From assembly GCA_016788485.1 (NCBI GenBank), contig JAEUSV010000031.1, positions 20,578 to 84,577 on the forward strand: a DNA stretch of 64,000 nt. The letters are read 5' to 3'. The notes beneath the pieces were generated by a model. The model searched no databases. It saw nothing but the letters and a program-made list of their open reading frames with translations, and was not told the DNA's origin. This document shows, piece after piece, positions 45,941 to 55,946 of the stretch; the stretch's first letter is position 1, and each line of letters opens with the position of its first letter. Both the position numbers and the translations under genes were made by a program. This DNA is from Flavobacteriales bacterium. GTDB taxonomy: Bacteria; Bacteroidota; Bacteroidia; Flavobacteriales_F; PHOS-HE28.

Positions 45941-47065
45941 GTGCATCTCGCCCAGCTCCACCTCTTCCAGTTCCGCAACCACCGCGAGGCCGGCGTGGCC
46001 CTCGGGCCGCAGGTGAACTGCTTCACCGGGCCCAACGGGGTGGGCAAGACCAACCTGCTCGATGCGGTCCACTACCTGAGCCTTTGCAAGAGCTACTTCG
46101 AGCCCAGCGACCAGCACAATGTGCTCCACGGCGAGGAGGCCTTCCTGGTGAAGGGTTCCATGGTGATGGGCGCCGACACGGACGAGCTTTCCTGCAGCGT
46201 GCGCCGTGGCCAGCGCAAGGTGTTCACCCGCAACCGCAAGGAATATGAGCGCCTGGCCGACCATGTGGGCCGGTACCCGGTGGTGATGATCACCCCGTAC
46301 GACGGCCAGCTGGTGCTGGAGGGCAGCGAGGTGCGCCGCCGCTTCCTGGACGGGCTCATCAGCCAGTTCGACCGGCCCTACCTGGAGGCGCTGGTGCGGT
46401 ACAACCGGGCCATGGCCCACCGCAACCTGCTGCTGAAGCAGGCCCGCGGCCGCGCCGACCGGTCGATGGTGGAGCCGTGGGATGAACAGCTCATCCTCCA
46501 TGGCGAGGCCGTGCACGCCGCACGCAGGTCCTTCGTGGCCGAGCTGGCCCCCCGCCTGCAGGAGCACTACCAGGGCATCACCAGCGGGCCCGAACATGTG
46601 GCGCTGACCTACCGCAGCGAGCTGCACGAGCGGGCCCTCCGCGACCTGCTGGCCGAGGCCTGGCCACGTGACCAGGCGGCCGAGCACACCACGGTGGGGG
46701 TGCACCGCGACGACCTCCTGTTCACCCTGGAGGACCAACCCCTGAAGCGCTACGGTTCGCAGGGGCAGCAGAAGACCTACCTCATCGCCCTGAAGCTGGC
46801 CCAGTTCGACCTCACGGCGGCACGCTCCGGCCTGCGCCCGATCCTGCTGCTGGACGACATCTTCGACAAGATCGACCCCCAGCGGATGCGGCACCTGCTG
46901 CAACTGCTGGCCGGCGACCGCTTCGGGCAGGTGCTGATCACCGACACCGACCCGCGCCGCATGCACCAGGTGCTCGACGGGCTGCCGCTCGACGTGCGGT
47001 TCTTCGCCCTGGCCCATGAACGCCCCATCGCCCATGAAACGCTCGAACGAACGATCGCTGGGTGA
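45941..47065 (+). CDS. recF: DNA replication/repair protein RecF
   Basis: FRN, GPNGVGKTNLLDA, RRRFLD, GSQGQQK, LLLDDIF. Confidence 0.96.
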   Translation: MHLAQLHLFQFRNHREAGVALGPQVNCFTGPNGVGKTNLLDAVHYLSLCKSYFEPSDQHNVLHGEEAFLVKGSMVMGADTDELSCSVRRGQRKVFTRNRKEYERLADHVGRYPVVMITPYDGQLVLEGSEVRRRFLDGLISQFDRPYLEALVRYNRAMAHRNLLLKQARGRADRSMVEPWDEQLILHGEAVHAARRSFVAELAPRLQEHYQGITSGPEHVALTYRSELHERALRDLLAEAWPRDQAAEHTTVGVHRDDLLFTLEDQPLKRYGSQGQQKTYLIALKLAQFDLTAARSGLRPILLLDDIFDKIDPQRMRHLLQLLAGDRFGQVLITDTDPRRMHQVLDGLPLDVRFFALAHERPIAHETLERTIAG

Positions 47066-47324
47066 CGCCATCGGCGACATGGTCGAGGCCCTGGGCCTGC
47101 GCCAGAAGCTGGATGAGCAGGCCGTGATCGCGGCCTGGGAACAGGTCACCGGTCCCATGATCGCCCGGCACACCACCAGCCTGCGGCTCAGGGCCGGCAC
47201 CCTGCGGGTGAAGGTGGATTCGGCGCCGCTGCGGCACGAACTGGGCTACCAGCGCGATGGCATCATCCAGCTGGTGAACGAACGGATGGGCCGCGTGGTG
47301 ATCACGGCCGTGGTGGTCGAGTGA
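47034..47324 (+). CDS. DUF721/DciA family protein
   Basis: W..VTGP.IARHT...L.VKVDSAPLRHEL; downstream of recF. Confidence 0.85.
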   Translation: MKRSNERSLGDAIGDMVEALGLRQKLDEQAVIAAWEQVTGPMIARHTTSLRLRAGTLRVKVDSAPLRHELGYQRDGIIQLVNERMGRVVITAVVVE

Positions 47325-47335
47325 CCCCGCAGGGA

Positions 47336-47755
47336 TCAGTACTGCTCGCGCGAGCTGAAGAAGAAGTGGCCCTCGATCAGCGCGTTGGCATCGCTGTCGC
47401 TGCCGTGCACGGCGTTCTTCGCTTTGCTCTCGGCGAAACGCTTGCGGATCGTGCCCTCCTCGGCCTGTGCGGGGTCGGTGGCGCCGATGAGCTTGCGGAA
47501 CGACTCCACGGCGTTCTCCTTCTCCAGGATGGCCGCGAACACCGGGCCGCTCGCCATGTAATCCACCAGTTCACCGTAGAACGGGCGCTCCTTGTGCACC
47601 TCGTAGAAGGCGCCGGCCTCCTTGTGCGAGAGGCGGGTGTACTTCAGGGCCACCACGCGGAAGCCGTTGCTGATGATCATGTCGAGGATCTTGCCAGCGT
47701 GTCCGGCGGCCACGGCCTCGGGCTTGATCATGGTGAAGGTGCGATCGGTTGCCAT
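47336..47755 (-). CDS. ndk: Nucleoside diphosphate kinase
   Basis: [30 protein letters not shown]. Confidence 0.97.
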   Translation of the reverse strand: MATDRTFTMIKPEAVAAGHAGKILDMIISNGFRVVALKYTRLSHKEAGAFYEVHKERPFYGELVDYMASGPVFAAILEKENAVESFRKLIGATDPAQAEEGTIRKRFAESKAKNAVHGSDSDANALIEGHFFFSSREQY

Positions 47756-47876
47756 AGGGGGTTGTTGAAAAAGCGGCGCAAAAGTAACCGGTTGCGGGAA
47801 AAGTGACCCCGTCCGAACAAGCTTCCTTCGCTCAACGTATACACGCCGGCCCGCAGCGGCGCACTTTTCCGGACCC

Positions 47877-48794
47877 ATGACCAGACCCCAGATCCTTGTC
47901 CTTGCCACCCTCGCGGCCGTGTTCGCCGGCTGTGGTGGGGGCGAAAAAGCAGGTGAGCAGGCCGAGAAGGCCCCCCAGCTGGTGATCGGCGACGAGCAGG
48001 CTGCGCCTGCCTCCACGCTGTACCAGATGCCCACCCCCAACGAGCTGTTCTCCATCGTTCGGCAGATGGCCGGCGAAGGGCAGAAACGCATGCTGAACCC
48101 CGCCGTGAACGCGGACCGCTACGTGTCCCTGCCCGCCCGCTCGCTCAACTTCGGCGTGTACGCCACCGACCTGGTCTACGCAAGCTACTTCAAGCTGAAC
48201 GTGGAGGTGGTGCGCTATTACCTGGCCGTGAAGAAGCTCGCTGACAAGGTGGGCGTGGCCGGCGCGTTCACCGAGAGCGACTTCATGCGCCTGGAGGCCA
48301 ACCTCACCCGCGGCAACAACGACTCGCTCGAGATCCTCAGCAACGAGGCCTACTACAAGGCCTACCAGAAGCTCCAGCAGGAGGACATGGGACCCGTGCT
48401 CGCCCTGGTGCTCGCCGGAGGCTGGGTGGAGAGCATGCACCTGGTGATGGGGCAGGTGAGCGTGTTCGGTGCCGATGACCCGCTCGTGAGCCGTGTGGTG
48501 GAGCAGAAGGTGAGCCTCGAGCACCTGCTCGACCTGATGGAGGTGCACAAGGCCGACCCCAACGTGGCCCCCTGGCACGCGAAGCTGTCCGCCATCCGCA
48601 GCATCTTCGATGGACTCGAGTCCAAGCGCACCCCCAATTCGGGCAAGTCGCCCAGTGGACGTATGGTGCTCGGGGATGACGTTTCCGTCACCCTCACGTC
48701 CGAACAGTACCAGCAACTGGCCAAGGCCGTGGAGCAGCTCCGTGAAGAGGTGGTGCGCCCGGAGGACCAAGCCTCGGTGAAACCCAACGCCTGA
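47877..48794 (+). CDS. Helical lipoprotein, hypothetical
   Basis: Lipobox FAGC; [23 protein letters not shown]. Confidence 0.8.
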   Translation: MTRPQILVLATLAAVFAGCGGGEKAGEQAEKAPQLVIGDEQAAPASTLYQMPTPNELFSIVRQMAGEGQKRMLNPAVNADRYVSLPARSLNFGVYATDLVYASYFKLNVEVVRYYLAVKKLADKVGVAGAFTESDFMRLEANLTRGNNDSLEILSNEAYYKAYQKLQQEDMGPVLALVLAGGWVESMHLVMGQVSVFGADDPLVSRVVEQKVSLEHLLDLMEVHKADPNVAPWHAKLSAIRSIFDGLESKRTPNSGKSPSGRMVLGDDVSVTLTSEQYQQLAKAVEQLREEVVRPEDQASVKPNA

Positions 48795-48802
48795 TCGACC
48801 CG

Positions 48803-49399
48803 ATGAGAACGCTTCGCAACACCCTCACCGCAGCGGTCTGCTCCCTCAGCGTGTTCGCGCTGGCCCAGAGCGAATGCGGCGATTACCACAAGTTCAACTG
48901 CGCCCGTGCCAGCGACGCCCGCTTCTCCATCAACGGGCAGAGCAAGAGCGCCAGCGTGCAGGTGGGCGTCCCCACCGAGCTCAACATCATCGTCTACAAG
49001 GGTCAGGACTACCGCATCTCCCTTTGCCACGACCAGAAGGTGCTGGGCGACCAGCTGTCCATCCGCCTGGTGGAGAAGATCCGCGAGCCCCGCGAGGTCA
49101 CCGAACAGGTGAAGGAGAAGCAGGCCGTGCTCGATGCCGACGGCAACCCCACCGGCGAGGAGAAGGAGGTGGTGCGCACCGAGAAGAAGACCGTGTACGA
49201 GGATCAGCGCAAGGTCCTGTGGGACAACGCCGAGCACGACATGGCCAACGAGGTGGAGTTCAGCGCCAGCAGCAGCAAGCGCGTGATCGTGGAGGTGATG
49301 GCCCCCGGTGTGCCGGAGGGCAAGAACAAGAAGGACGTGGACATCGGCTGCGTGGGGATCCTCATCGAGCACATGCCCACGCCGAACATCGGCTTCTGA
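48803..49399 (+). CDS. Secreted beta-sandwich hypothetical protein with 4 Cys
   Basis: Signal peptide ALA|Q; C-x7-C, YKGQDYRISLC, GCVGILI; 8 nt after the upstream stop. Confidence 0.8.
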   Translation: MRTLRNTLTAAVCSLSVFALAQSECGDYHKFNCARASDARFSINGQSKSASVQVGVPTELNIIVYKGQDYRISLCHDQKVLGDQLSIRLVEKIREPREVTEQVKEKQAVLDADGNPTGEEKEVVRTEKKTVYEDQRKVLWDNAEHDMANEVEFSASSSKRVIVEVMAPGVPEGKNKKDVDIGCVGILIEHMPTPNIGF

Positions 49400-49447
49400 G
49401 GCGCTCCGCGCCGAACGGCAACGAGGGCGGCTACCTTTGCCGCCCTC

Positions 49448-50476
49448 ATGCTTTCCACCCCTTCCGCTCCGCCCGAACAGGTCGCCCGGCTCGCCAGCGA
49501 GCTCAACCGGCCGAGGCGGATCGTCCTCACCACCCATTACAACCCCGATGGCGATGCCATGGGCAGCAGCCTTGGCCTGGCCCATGTGCTCCGGCATGCC
49601 GGCCACACGGTGCAGGTGGTGCTCCCCAACACACCGGCCGGTTTCCTGCAGTGGATGCCCGGCTTTCCCGCTGCCCTGGCCTACGACACCGCTCCCGAGT
49701 CCGCTGTAAGGTCAATGGCGGAGGCGGAGCTGCTGTTCTGCCTCGACTTCAACCGGCCCGATCGCTTGGGCGGGCTGGAGGAAAGCGTACGAACAGCCGC
49801 CTTCCCGGTGCTCATCGACCACCACCAGGACCCCGACCCCTTCGCGCGGATCATGTTCAGCGATGTGGCCTCGTGCAGCACCTGCCAGATGGTGTTCGAC
49901 ATCGTGCATGCACTGGGCCTAGAGGACCACATCACCGCCGATGCGGCCACCTGCCTGTACACCGGCATCATGACCGACAGCGGCTCGTTCCGCTTCAGCA
50001 GCACCGCCCCCCACACGCTCCGTGTCGCCGCACGGCTCATGGAGCTCGGTGCCGTGCCCGACCACATCGTGAGCGCCGTGCTCGACGACAACACGGTCGA
50101 CCGCCTGCGCCTCATCGGCTTCGCCCTCAGCGAGCGCCTCGAGGTGCTGCCCGCGCTGGGCACCGCCATCATCACCCTGTCCAAGGCCGACCTGGACCGC
50201 TTCGCGTTCCAACCCGGCGATACGGAAGGGCTCGTGAACTACGGCCTTTCCATCCGGGGCATCCGGTTGGCGGCCTTCTTCGTGGAGCGTGGCGAGGTGA
50301 TCAAGGTGAGCCTGCGCTCCAAGGGCATGCTGCCTGTGAACCGTTTCCTGGCCGAGCACTTCCAAGGCGGTGGGCACATCAACGCAGCGGGGGGGCAGTC
50401 CCGCAGCACGCTCGCCGATGCGGTGGCCAGGTTCCGCAACGCGCTGCCCGCCTTCATCGAGGCCCACCCCGCATGA
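49448..50476 (+). CDS. DHH family phosphoesterase (NrnA-like)
   Basis: H.NPDGDAMGS, IDHH, TDSGSF, SLRSKG, GGGHINAAG. Confidence 0.93.
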   Translation: MLSTPSAPPEQVARLASELNRPRRIVLTTHYNPDGDAMGSSLGLAHVLRHAGHTVQVVLPNTPAGFLQWMPGFPAALAYDTAPESAVRSMAEAELLFCLDFNRPDRLGGLEESVRTAAFPVLIDHHQDPDPFARIMFSDVASCSTCQMVFDIVHALGLEDHITADAATCLYTGIMTDSGSFRFSSTAPHTLRVAARLMELGAVPDHIVSAVLDDNTVDRLRLIGFALSERLEVLPALGTAIITLSKADLDRFAFQPGDTEGLVNYGLSIRGIRLAAFFVERGEVIKVSLRSKGMLPVNRFLAEHFQGGGHINAAGGQSRSTLADAVARFRNALPAFIEAHPA

Positions 50477-51000
50477 GCGCCGCACGCATCCTGTTCCCCC
50501 TGCTGTTGCTGGGCGCCTGTGGCCAGAACGGCCAGACCCCGCCACCTTCGCCCCCCATGGACCGCAAGGAGGAACTGATCGACGAGAACAAGCGCTGGAC
50601 GGAGCGTGAGGCCCGCGACATCGACCTGTGGGTGCGGCGTCAGGGCGTGCCGTTCAACCGCTCGGGCACCGGCGTTCGCTGGCGCCTGGTGCGCGATGAG
50701 CCCGGCGATACCGCTCGGCCCGAGCAGCTGGCGCGCGTGCACTACCGACTGGGTCTGCTGAGCGGCGACACCTGCTACACCACGGCACCGGGCCGCCCCG
50801 AGGATTTCAGGGTGGAGCATGACGATGTGGAGAGCGGGCTGCACGAGGCCATCCAGCACCTGTCCGTGGGCGACAGCGCCGTGGTGGTGATCCCCAGCCA
50901 CCGCGCGCACGGGCTGGTGGGCGACCAGAACAAGGTGCCCATGCGCAGCCCGGTGATCTACTACATCGGCCTCGACCGATTGACCGAACCGCGGCGATGA
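50473..51000 (+). CDS. FKBP-type peptidyl-prolyl isomerase lipoprotein (GldI-like)
   Basis: Lipobox LGAC; SGLHEAI..L.VGD.A..VIPSH.AHG..GD. Confidence 0.8.
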   Translation: MSAARILFPLLLLGACGQNGQTPPPSPPMDRKEELIDENKRWTEREARDIDLWVRRQGVPFNRSGTGVRWRLVRDEPGDTARPEQLARVHYRLGLLSGDTCYTTAPGRPEDFRVEHDDVESGLHEAIQHLSVGDSAVVVIPSHRAHGLVGDQNKVPMRSPVIYYIGLDRLTEPRR

Positions 51001-51878
51001 ACGTACGGCACCTGGGCACCCTGGGCCTGCTGCTGGCGTTGCTGGCGGCCTGCGGTGGTTCGCCCTACCCGGGTCACAAGCACCTGGGCAACGAGGTCCA
51101 CTTCAGGCTGGTGGCGCTGGGTGATGGTGCGCGCCATCCGAACGACAGCGACCGCATCGTGCTGGCCGTCCGTGCCACCAACGGCACTGCCGCACCTGGT
51201 TCCCTGTACAGCTCTGAGCAGGTCGCGGGAGCGTGGAGCATGCTGGGCAGCGCGCTGGGCCCGGCCCTGAAGCGCATGAAGGAGGGCGACAGCGCAACCG
51301 TGTGGATGCGGGCGGCCGATGTGCCCTGGGACAAGCTCGGCGCGGTGAAGGACCCAACGGATACCGGCATGGTGCGCCTGGACCTGGCCTTGCGCTCGGT
51401 GAAGGACATGGCCCAGGTGCGCGCCGAGGAGGAGGCCTACAACGCCTGGCGCGCCGACCGCGAGCTGGAGGAAAGGGCCATGCTCGAGCGCTACCTCACC
51501 ACCCACGGCGTGGACCGCAAGGCCACGGCCTGGCAGGGCATCCACATCCTCCCGTTACGGCAGGGCAAGGGCGAGCTGCTGCGCACCGGCGACATGGTCA
51601 CCATCGCCTACGTGGCGCACGGCCTCGATGGGGCGCGTTACGATGACACCTACAAGGCCGGCACGCCGCTCACCTTCCGCCTGGGTGATCCCGGCCAGGT
51701 GATCCGCGGGCTCGAGATCGGCCTGCGCCGCATGCAGCGCGGGGGCAAGAGCACCTTCATCATCCCCTCGCAGTTCGCCTTCGGTGACGATGGCTCCGCG
51801 GGCGGGGTGGTGCCCCCCTTCACCACCGTGATCTACGATGTGGAGGTGCTGGAGGAGGGACCTGCGGACCCGTCCTGA
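50997..51878 (+). CDS. FKBP-type peptidyl-prolyl isomerase lipoprotein (two FKBP-like domains)
   Basis: Lipobox LAAC; QVIRGLE.GL..M..GGK..IIPSQFAFG...VPP.TTVIYDVEV. Confidence 0.88.
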   Translation: MNVRHLGTLGLLLALLAACGGSPYPGHKHLGNEVHFRLVALGDGARHPNDSDRIVLAVRATNGTAAPGSLYSSEQVAGAWSMLGSALGPALKRMKEGDSATVWMRAADVPWDKLGAVKDPTDTGMVRLDLALRSVKDMAQVRAEEEAYNAWRADRELEERAMLERYLTTHGVDRKATAWQGIHILPLRQGKGELLRTGDMVTIAYVAHGLDGARYDDTYKAGTPLTFRLGDPGQVIRGLEIGLRRMQRGGKSTFIIPSQFAFGDDGSAGGVVPPFTTVIYDVEVLEEGPADPS

Positions 51879-51880
51879 GC

Positions 51881-52585
51881 TCAGCTTCCGAGGATGAACA
51901 CGGCCGGTCGCTTCCCGATGGTGGGAACGGCGGAACGCCACTCCTTCACCGTCCGCGTATGGATGAAGGCGTCAGGCTGTGTCACGTTCACCGCCACACA
52001 GACCTTCGTGCGCTCCTGGCAGGTCCGCAGCAGGTCCCCGAGCATGGCGTCGTTGCGGTACGGCGTTTCGATGAAGAGCTGCGCCGCACCGGAGCGTTGC
52101 GCCTCGGTCTCGATCGCCTTGAGGGCACGCCGCCGTTCCTCCGGACGAACGGGCAGGTAGCCATGGAACGTGAAGTGCTGGCCGTTGAGCCCGGACGCCG
52201 CGAGCGCGAGCAGGAGGGAGGAGGGGCCCACCAGGGGCACCACGCGGAGGCCGAGGCGGTGCGCGGCGGCCACCAGCCGGGCGCCGGGGTCGGCGATGGC
52301 GGGCATGCCCGCCTCGCTCAGCAGCAGCGCCTCACGTCCGGTGATCATGCGCACATAGGTCTCGATGGCGGCCGCATCCGTGTCCTTGTCCAAGCGGTGC
52401 ACCTCGCGCGCTGGCAGGTCGAGCGTGGGCGACATGCGGCGCAGCATGCGCCGGGCCGTGCGCTCGTCCTCGGCGAACACGAGCGGCACACGTTCCACCA
52501 CGGCGATGTTCTCCGGAGGAAGCTGTTCCACACCGCCCGCATCGCCCAACCAGACGGGCACCAGCCAGAGGGTGCCCTCAGCCAT
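51881..52585 (-). CDS. RsmI-like tetrapyrrole methylase family SAM methyltransferase
   Basis: SEAGMPAIADPG, VGPSS..LALAASGLNGQ.F.FHGYLP, FIETPYRN. Confidence 0.9.
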   Translation of the reverse strand: MAEGTLWLVPVWLGDAGGVEQLPPENIAVVERVPLVFAEDERTARRMLRRMSPTLDLPAREVHRLDKDTDAAAIETYVRMITGREALLLSEAGMPAIADPGARLVAAAHRLGLRVVPLVGPSSLLLALAASGLNGQHFTFHGYLPVRPEERRRALKAIETEAQRSGAAQLFIETPYRNDAMLGDLLRTCQERTKVCVAVNVTQPDAFIHTRTVKEWRSAVPTIGKRPAVFILGS

Positions 52586-53042
52586 GGGTGCGCAGGTCCT
52601 TGATGAGCACCGCGCACGCTTCGGTGAGCATGGCGTAGACCTGCTCGAAGCCCTCGTCGCCGCCGTAGTACGGATCGGGCACCGAGCGCAAAGCGTGTTC
52701 GGGCACCAGGTCCATGATCAGGCGCGCCTTGGCCGCAAGCTCAGGGTGCGGCGCGAGCGCGCGGATGTTGGCCAGGTTGCTCTCGTCCATGGCCAGGATG
52801 AGGTCGAAGCGGTGGAAGTCGTCGGCCACGAACTGCCGCGCGCGCAGATCGCTGATGTCGATGCCATGGCGGCGCATGCTTGCGGTGGCCCGGCGGTCCG
52901 GAGCCTCGCCCACGTGGTAATGGCTGGTGCCGGCGGAATCGGTTCGCACGGGCAGCCCGTGCTCGGTGGCCATGTGGCGTAGCACGCCTTCGGCCATGGG
53001 CGAGCGGCAGATGTTGCCCAGGCAGACCATCAGGATGTTCAT
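52578..53042 (-). CDS. Low-molecular-weight protein-tyrosine phosphatase
   Basis: VCLGNICRSP, DSAGT, VPDPYYG. Confidence 0.95.
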   Translation of the reverse strand: MNILMVCLGNICRSPMAEGVLRHMATEHGLPVRTDSAGTSHYHVGEAPDRRATASMRRHGIDISDLRARQFVADDFHRFDLILAMDESNLANIRALAPHPELAAKARLIMDLVPEHALRSVPDPYYGGDEGFEQVYAMLTEACAVLIKDLRTHG

Positions 53043-53078
53043 GTTCGTTCGATCGAAGCGTCCAAAGGTGAAGAAAGC

Positions 53079-53106
53079 GAAAGGACCGCTGGTGGGCGGT
53101 CCTTTC
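53079..53106 (-). terminator. Intrinsic terminator of dnaA
   Basis: GAAAGGACCGC/GCGGTCCTTTC 11-bp stem, followed on the minus strand by GCTTTCTT. Confidence 0.75.
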
Positions 53107-53122
53107 AGTGTGATCGGTGCGC

Positions 53123-54553
53123 TCAGTGGATGCTGAGCTTCTTCTCGAGGTCCTCCAGGTAACCGCGGAACTGCTTGTCGGTCTCCTGCAGGTTGTTCAC
53201 CGTGCGGCAGGCGTGGAGCACGGTGGCGTGGTCCTTGCCACCGCAGTGCGCCCCGATGCTCGCCAGCGAGCTCTTGGTCATCTTCTTCGCGAAGTACATC
53301 GCGATCTGGCGGGCCTGCACCACTTCGCGCTTGCGCGTCTTGCTCTTGAGCAGCTCGATCGGCAGGTCGAAGTAGTCGCACACCACCTTCTGGATGTAGT
53401 CGATCGACACCTCGCGGGCGGTGTTCTTCACGAACTTGTCGATCATCTGCTTGGCCAGGTCCAGGTTCACCGCGCGCTTGTTGAGCGAGCTCTGCGCGAT
53501 GAGGCTGATCATGGCACCCTCCAGTTCACGGATGTTGGTGGTGATGCTGTAGGCCAGGTATTCCACCACTTCCTTGGGCAGTTCGATGCCCTCGGCGTAC
53601 ATCTTCTTCTCGAGGATCGCGATACGCGTCTCAAGACCAGGGGTCTGCAGGTCGGCGCTCAAGCCCCACTTGAAGCGGGAGAGGAGGCGCTGCTCCATGC
53701 CTTGCATCTCCACCGGCGCCTTGTCGCTGGTGATCACGATCTGCTTGCCGGTCTGGTGCAGGTGATTGAAGATGTGGAAGAAGACGTCCTGCGTTTTCTC
53801 CTTGCCTGCAAGGAATTGAACATCGTCGATGATCAGCACGTCCATCATTTGATAGAACTGGCTGAAGTCGCCGACGGTGTTGTTCTTGACCGCCTCGATG
53901 AACTGTTGTGTGAATTTCTCGGCGGGAACGTACAGGATGGTCTTGTCCGGATGGTTCTTCTTGATCTCGATGCCGATGGCGTGGGCCAGGTGGGTCTTGC
54001 CCAGGCCGACACCGCCGTAGATCAGGAGCGGGTTGAAGGCCGTGCCGCCCGGTTTCTGGGCCACGGCATAACCGGCGCTGCGTGCCAGGCGGTTGCAATC
54101 GCCCTCGATGAAGTTCTCGAACGAGTAGTTCGGGTTGAGGTGCGATTCCACCTTGATCTTGCGCAGACCGGGGATCACGAACGGGTTCTTGATCGGGCTG
54201 TTGGCCACATCGATCGGCAGGCTCACGGCGGGGTTCTTCACCTCACGGGCATTGCTCGTGGGAACTTTCACCGTGTACGGGTTCGCGCTTTGGAACCCGT
54301 TCTCCATCACGATGGAGTACTCCAGGCGCCCTTCGGCCCCCAGCTCCTTCTTGATGATCTTCTTCAGCAGCCCGATGTAGTGCTCCTCCAGCCATTCGTA
54401 GAAGAACTGCGAGGGCACCTGGATGGTCAGCACGTTGTCCACCAGCTTCGTGGCCCGGATCGGTTCGAACCAGGTCTTGAAGCTCTGTGGGCTCACGTTG
54501 TCCTTGATCACCTCCAGGCACCGTTCCCAGGTCTTCTCGTGGTCTCTCTTCAT
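53123..54553 (-). CDS. dnaA: Chromosomal replication initiator DnaA
   Basis: NPLLIYGGVGLGKTHL, IDDVQF, RELEGA, RQIAMY, KDHATVLHA. Confidence 0.98.
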   Translation of the reverse strand: MKRDHEKTWERCLEVIKDNVSPQSFKTWFEPIRATKLVDNVLTIQVPSQFFYEWLEEHYIGLLKKIIKKELGAEGRLEYSIVMENGFQSANPYTVKVPTSNAREVKNPAVSLPIDVANSPIKNPFVIPGLRKIKVESHLNPNYSFENFIEGDCNRLARSAGYAVAQKPGGTAFNPLLIYGGVGLGKTHLAHAIGIEIKKNHPDKTILYVPAEKFTQQFIEAVKNNTVGDFSQFYQMMDVLIIDDVQFLAGKEKTQDVFFHIFNHLHQTGKQIVITSDKAPVEMQGMEQRLLSRFKWGLSADLQTPGLETRIAILEKKMYAEGIELPKEVVEYLAYSITTNIRELEGAMISLIAQSSLNKRAVNLDLAKQMIDKFVKNTAREVSIDYIQKVVCDYFDLPIELLKSKTRKREVVQARQIAMYFAKKMTKSSLASIGAHCGGKDHATVLHACRTVNNLQETDKQFRGYLEDLEKKLSIH

Positions 54554-54948
54554 GGGCGGGGCGGGTGGTTAACGATTGGTCCGGCGTTCTGTGCGATCCT
54601 TCTGCATCCGTTGCTGCACAAGGGCTTCCGCGCAGAAGGGTCGCAAATATGGACCGAAGGAAGTGAAAAAAAAAGCGGAGGGGCACTTGACAGATCGGAA
54701 AATTTTTTCATCGCCGTAACATGCAGGTCACATCGCTGAAACCCTTGTCCGGCGCGGCCTTCAGCGCGTCCACCTTGTCCGCGCCGCACAGGCCGCACGC
54801 CCCCGCGCACACCCCCGGGCGGGATATGCCGAAGGATGTTGTCAACAGAACGTGCGGCGTGCGTCGCCCCCATGCCGTGAAGTTACGCCACCCGCACGCT
54901 GCCGCGCAAACCCGCGCCGTTCACGGCCGCAGGCTAACTTCCCCGGCG

Positions 54949-55356
54949 ATGTTCACCCACGAGACCACACTGCGCGTGCGCTACGGAGAGACCGACCGGA
55001 TGGGCTATGTGTATTACGGCACCTATCCGCTGTACTACGAGGTGGGACGCGTGGAGGCCCTGCGCTCGCTCGGCTTTCCGTACAAGGCGATCGAGGATGG
55101 TGGCGTGATGCTTCCCGTGCACGACATGCAGGTGAAGTACCACCGCCCCGCACGCTACGACGACCTGCTCACCGTGCGCACCACGATCACCGCGCTCCCC
55201 ACCGTGCGCATCGCCTTCCGCTACGAGGTGCTCGATGTGAACGGCATGCTGCTCAACGAGGCCACCACCACCTTGGTGTTCGTCGACAAGGCCACTGGTC
55301 GCCCGCGGCCTGCACTGAAGGAACTGGTGGAGGCCCTTGCGCCCTACTTCCCCTGA
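54949..55356 (+). CDS. Acyl-CoA thioesterase (YbgC/FadM hotdog family)
   Basis: RVRYGETDRMGYVYYG.Y..YYEVGR. Confidence 0.92.
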   Translation: MFTHETTLRVRYGETDRMGYVYYGTYPLYYEVGRVEALRSLGFPYKAIEDGGVMLPVHDMQVKYHRPARYDDLLTVRTTITALPTVRIAFRYEVLDVNGMLLNEATTTLVFVDKATGRPRPALKELVEALAPYFP

Positions 55357-55946
55357 TCGACCGTGATGCCGCGCAGCCGCCAGCGCGCGATGAACGCATC
55401 GGCGCTCCCCAAGGGAACTGCCAGGATGAGCGCGCATGGCTCTCCGTAGGTCGCGTGCACCACCGAGCCTCCACCGCGCGCGACCTCGTTGCGCAGCTCC
55501 TCCACCTGTGCATAGGAGCAACGCAAATGCACATCACGCGTGATCACGCGCTCCACGATGGTGGCGTGCGCGAGCGCTTCCCTTGCGGCCTCGCCGTAGG
55601 CATGCACGAGACCGGCCTTGCCGAGCAGGGTTCCACCGAAGTAGCGCACCACCACCACGGCCGCGTAGGCGAGCTGCAGGGCCTGCAGCTGACGAAGGAT
55701 GGGGCGGCCCGCTGTGCCGGCGGGTTCCCCCGCATCGTTCGCCCGGTAATGCTGTCCATCAGGCCCCAGGATCCACGCGTAGCACACGTGCCGCGAGGCA
55801 TGGTGCTCCTTCGCGATCGCATCCGTGCGCTCCTTGAACGCGGACTCGTCCGCGATGGGGAAGGCCCACGCCAGGAAACGGCTGGCCTTCTCGCGGTACA
55901 GGCCCTCGCTCTCGCCTTGCAGCGTGCGGTAACGGTCGACCATCAT
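55344..55946 (-). CDS. YigZ/IMPACT family protein
   Basis: EKASRF, ASRHVCYA, NDAGEPAGTAG.PIL, VRYFGGTLLG. Confidence 0.93.
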   Translation of the reverse strand: MMVDRYRTLQGESEGLYREKASRFLAWAFPIADESAFKERTDAIAKEHHASRHVCYAWILGPDGQHYRANDAGEPAGTAGRPILRQLQALQLAYAAVVVVRYFGGTLLGKAGLVHAYGEAAREALAHATIVERVITRDVHLRCSYAQVEELRNEVARGGGSVVHATYGEPCALILAVPLGSADAFIARWRLRGITVDQGK

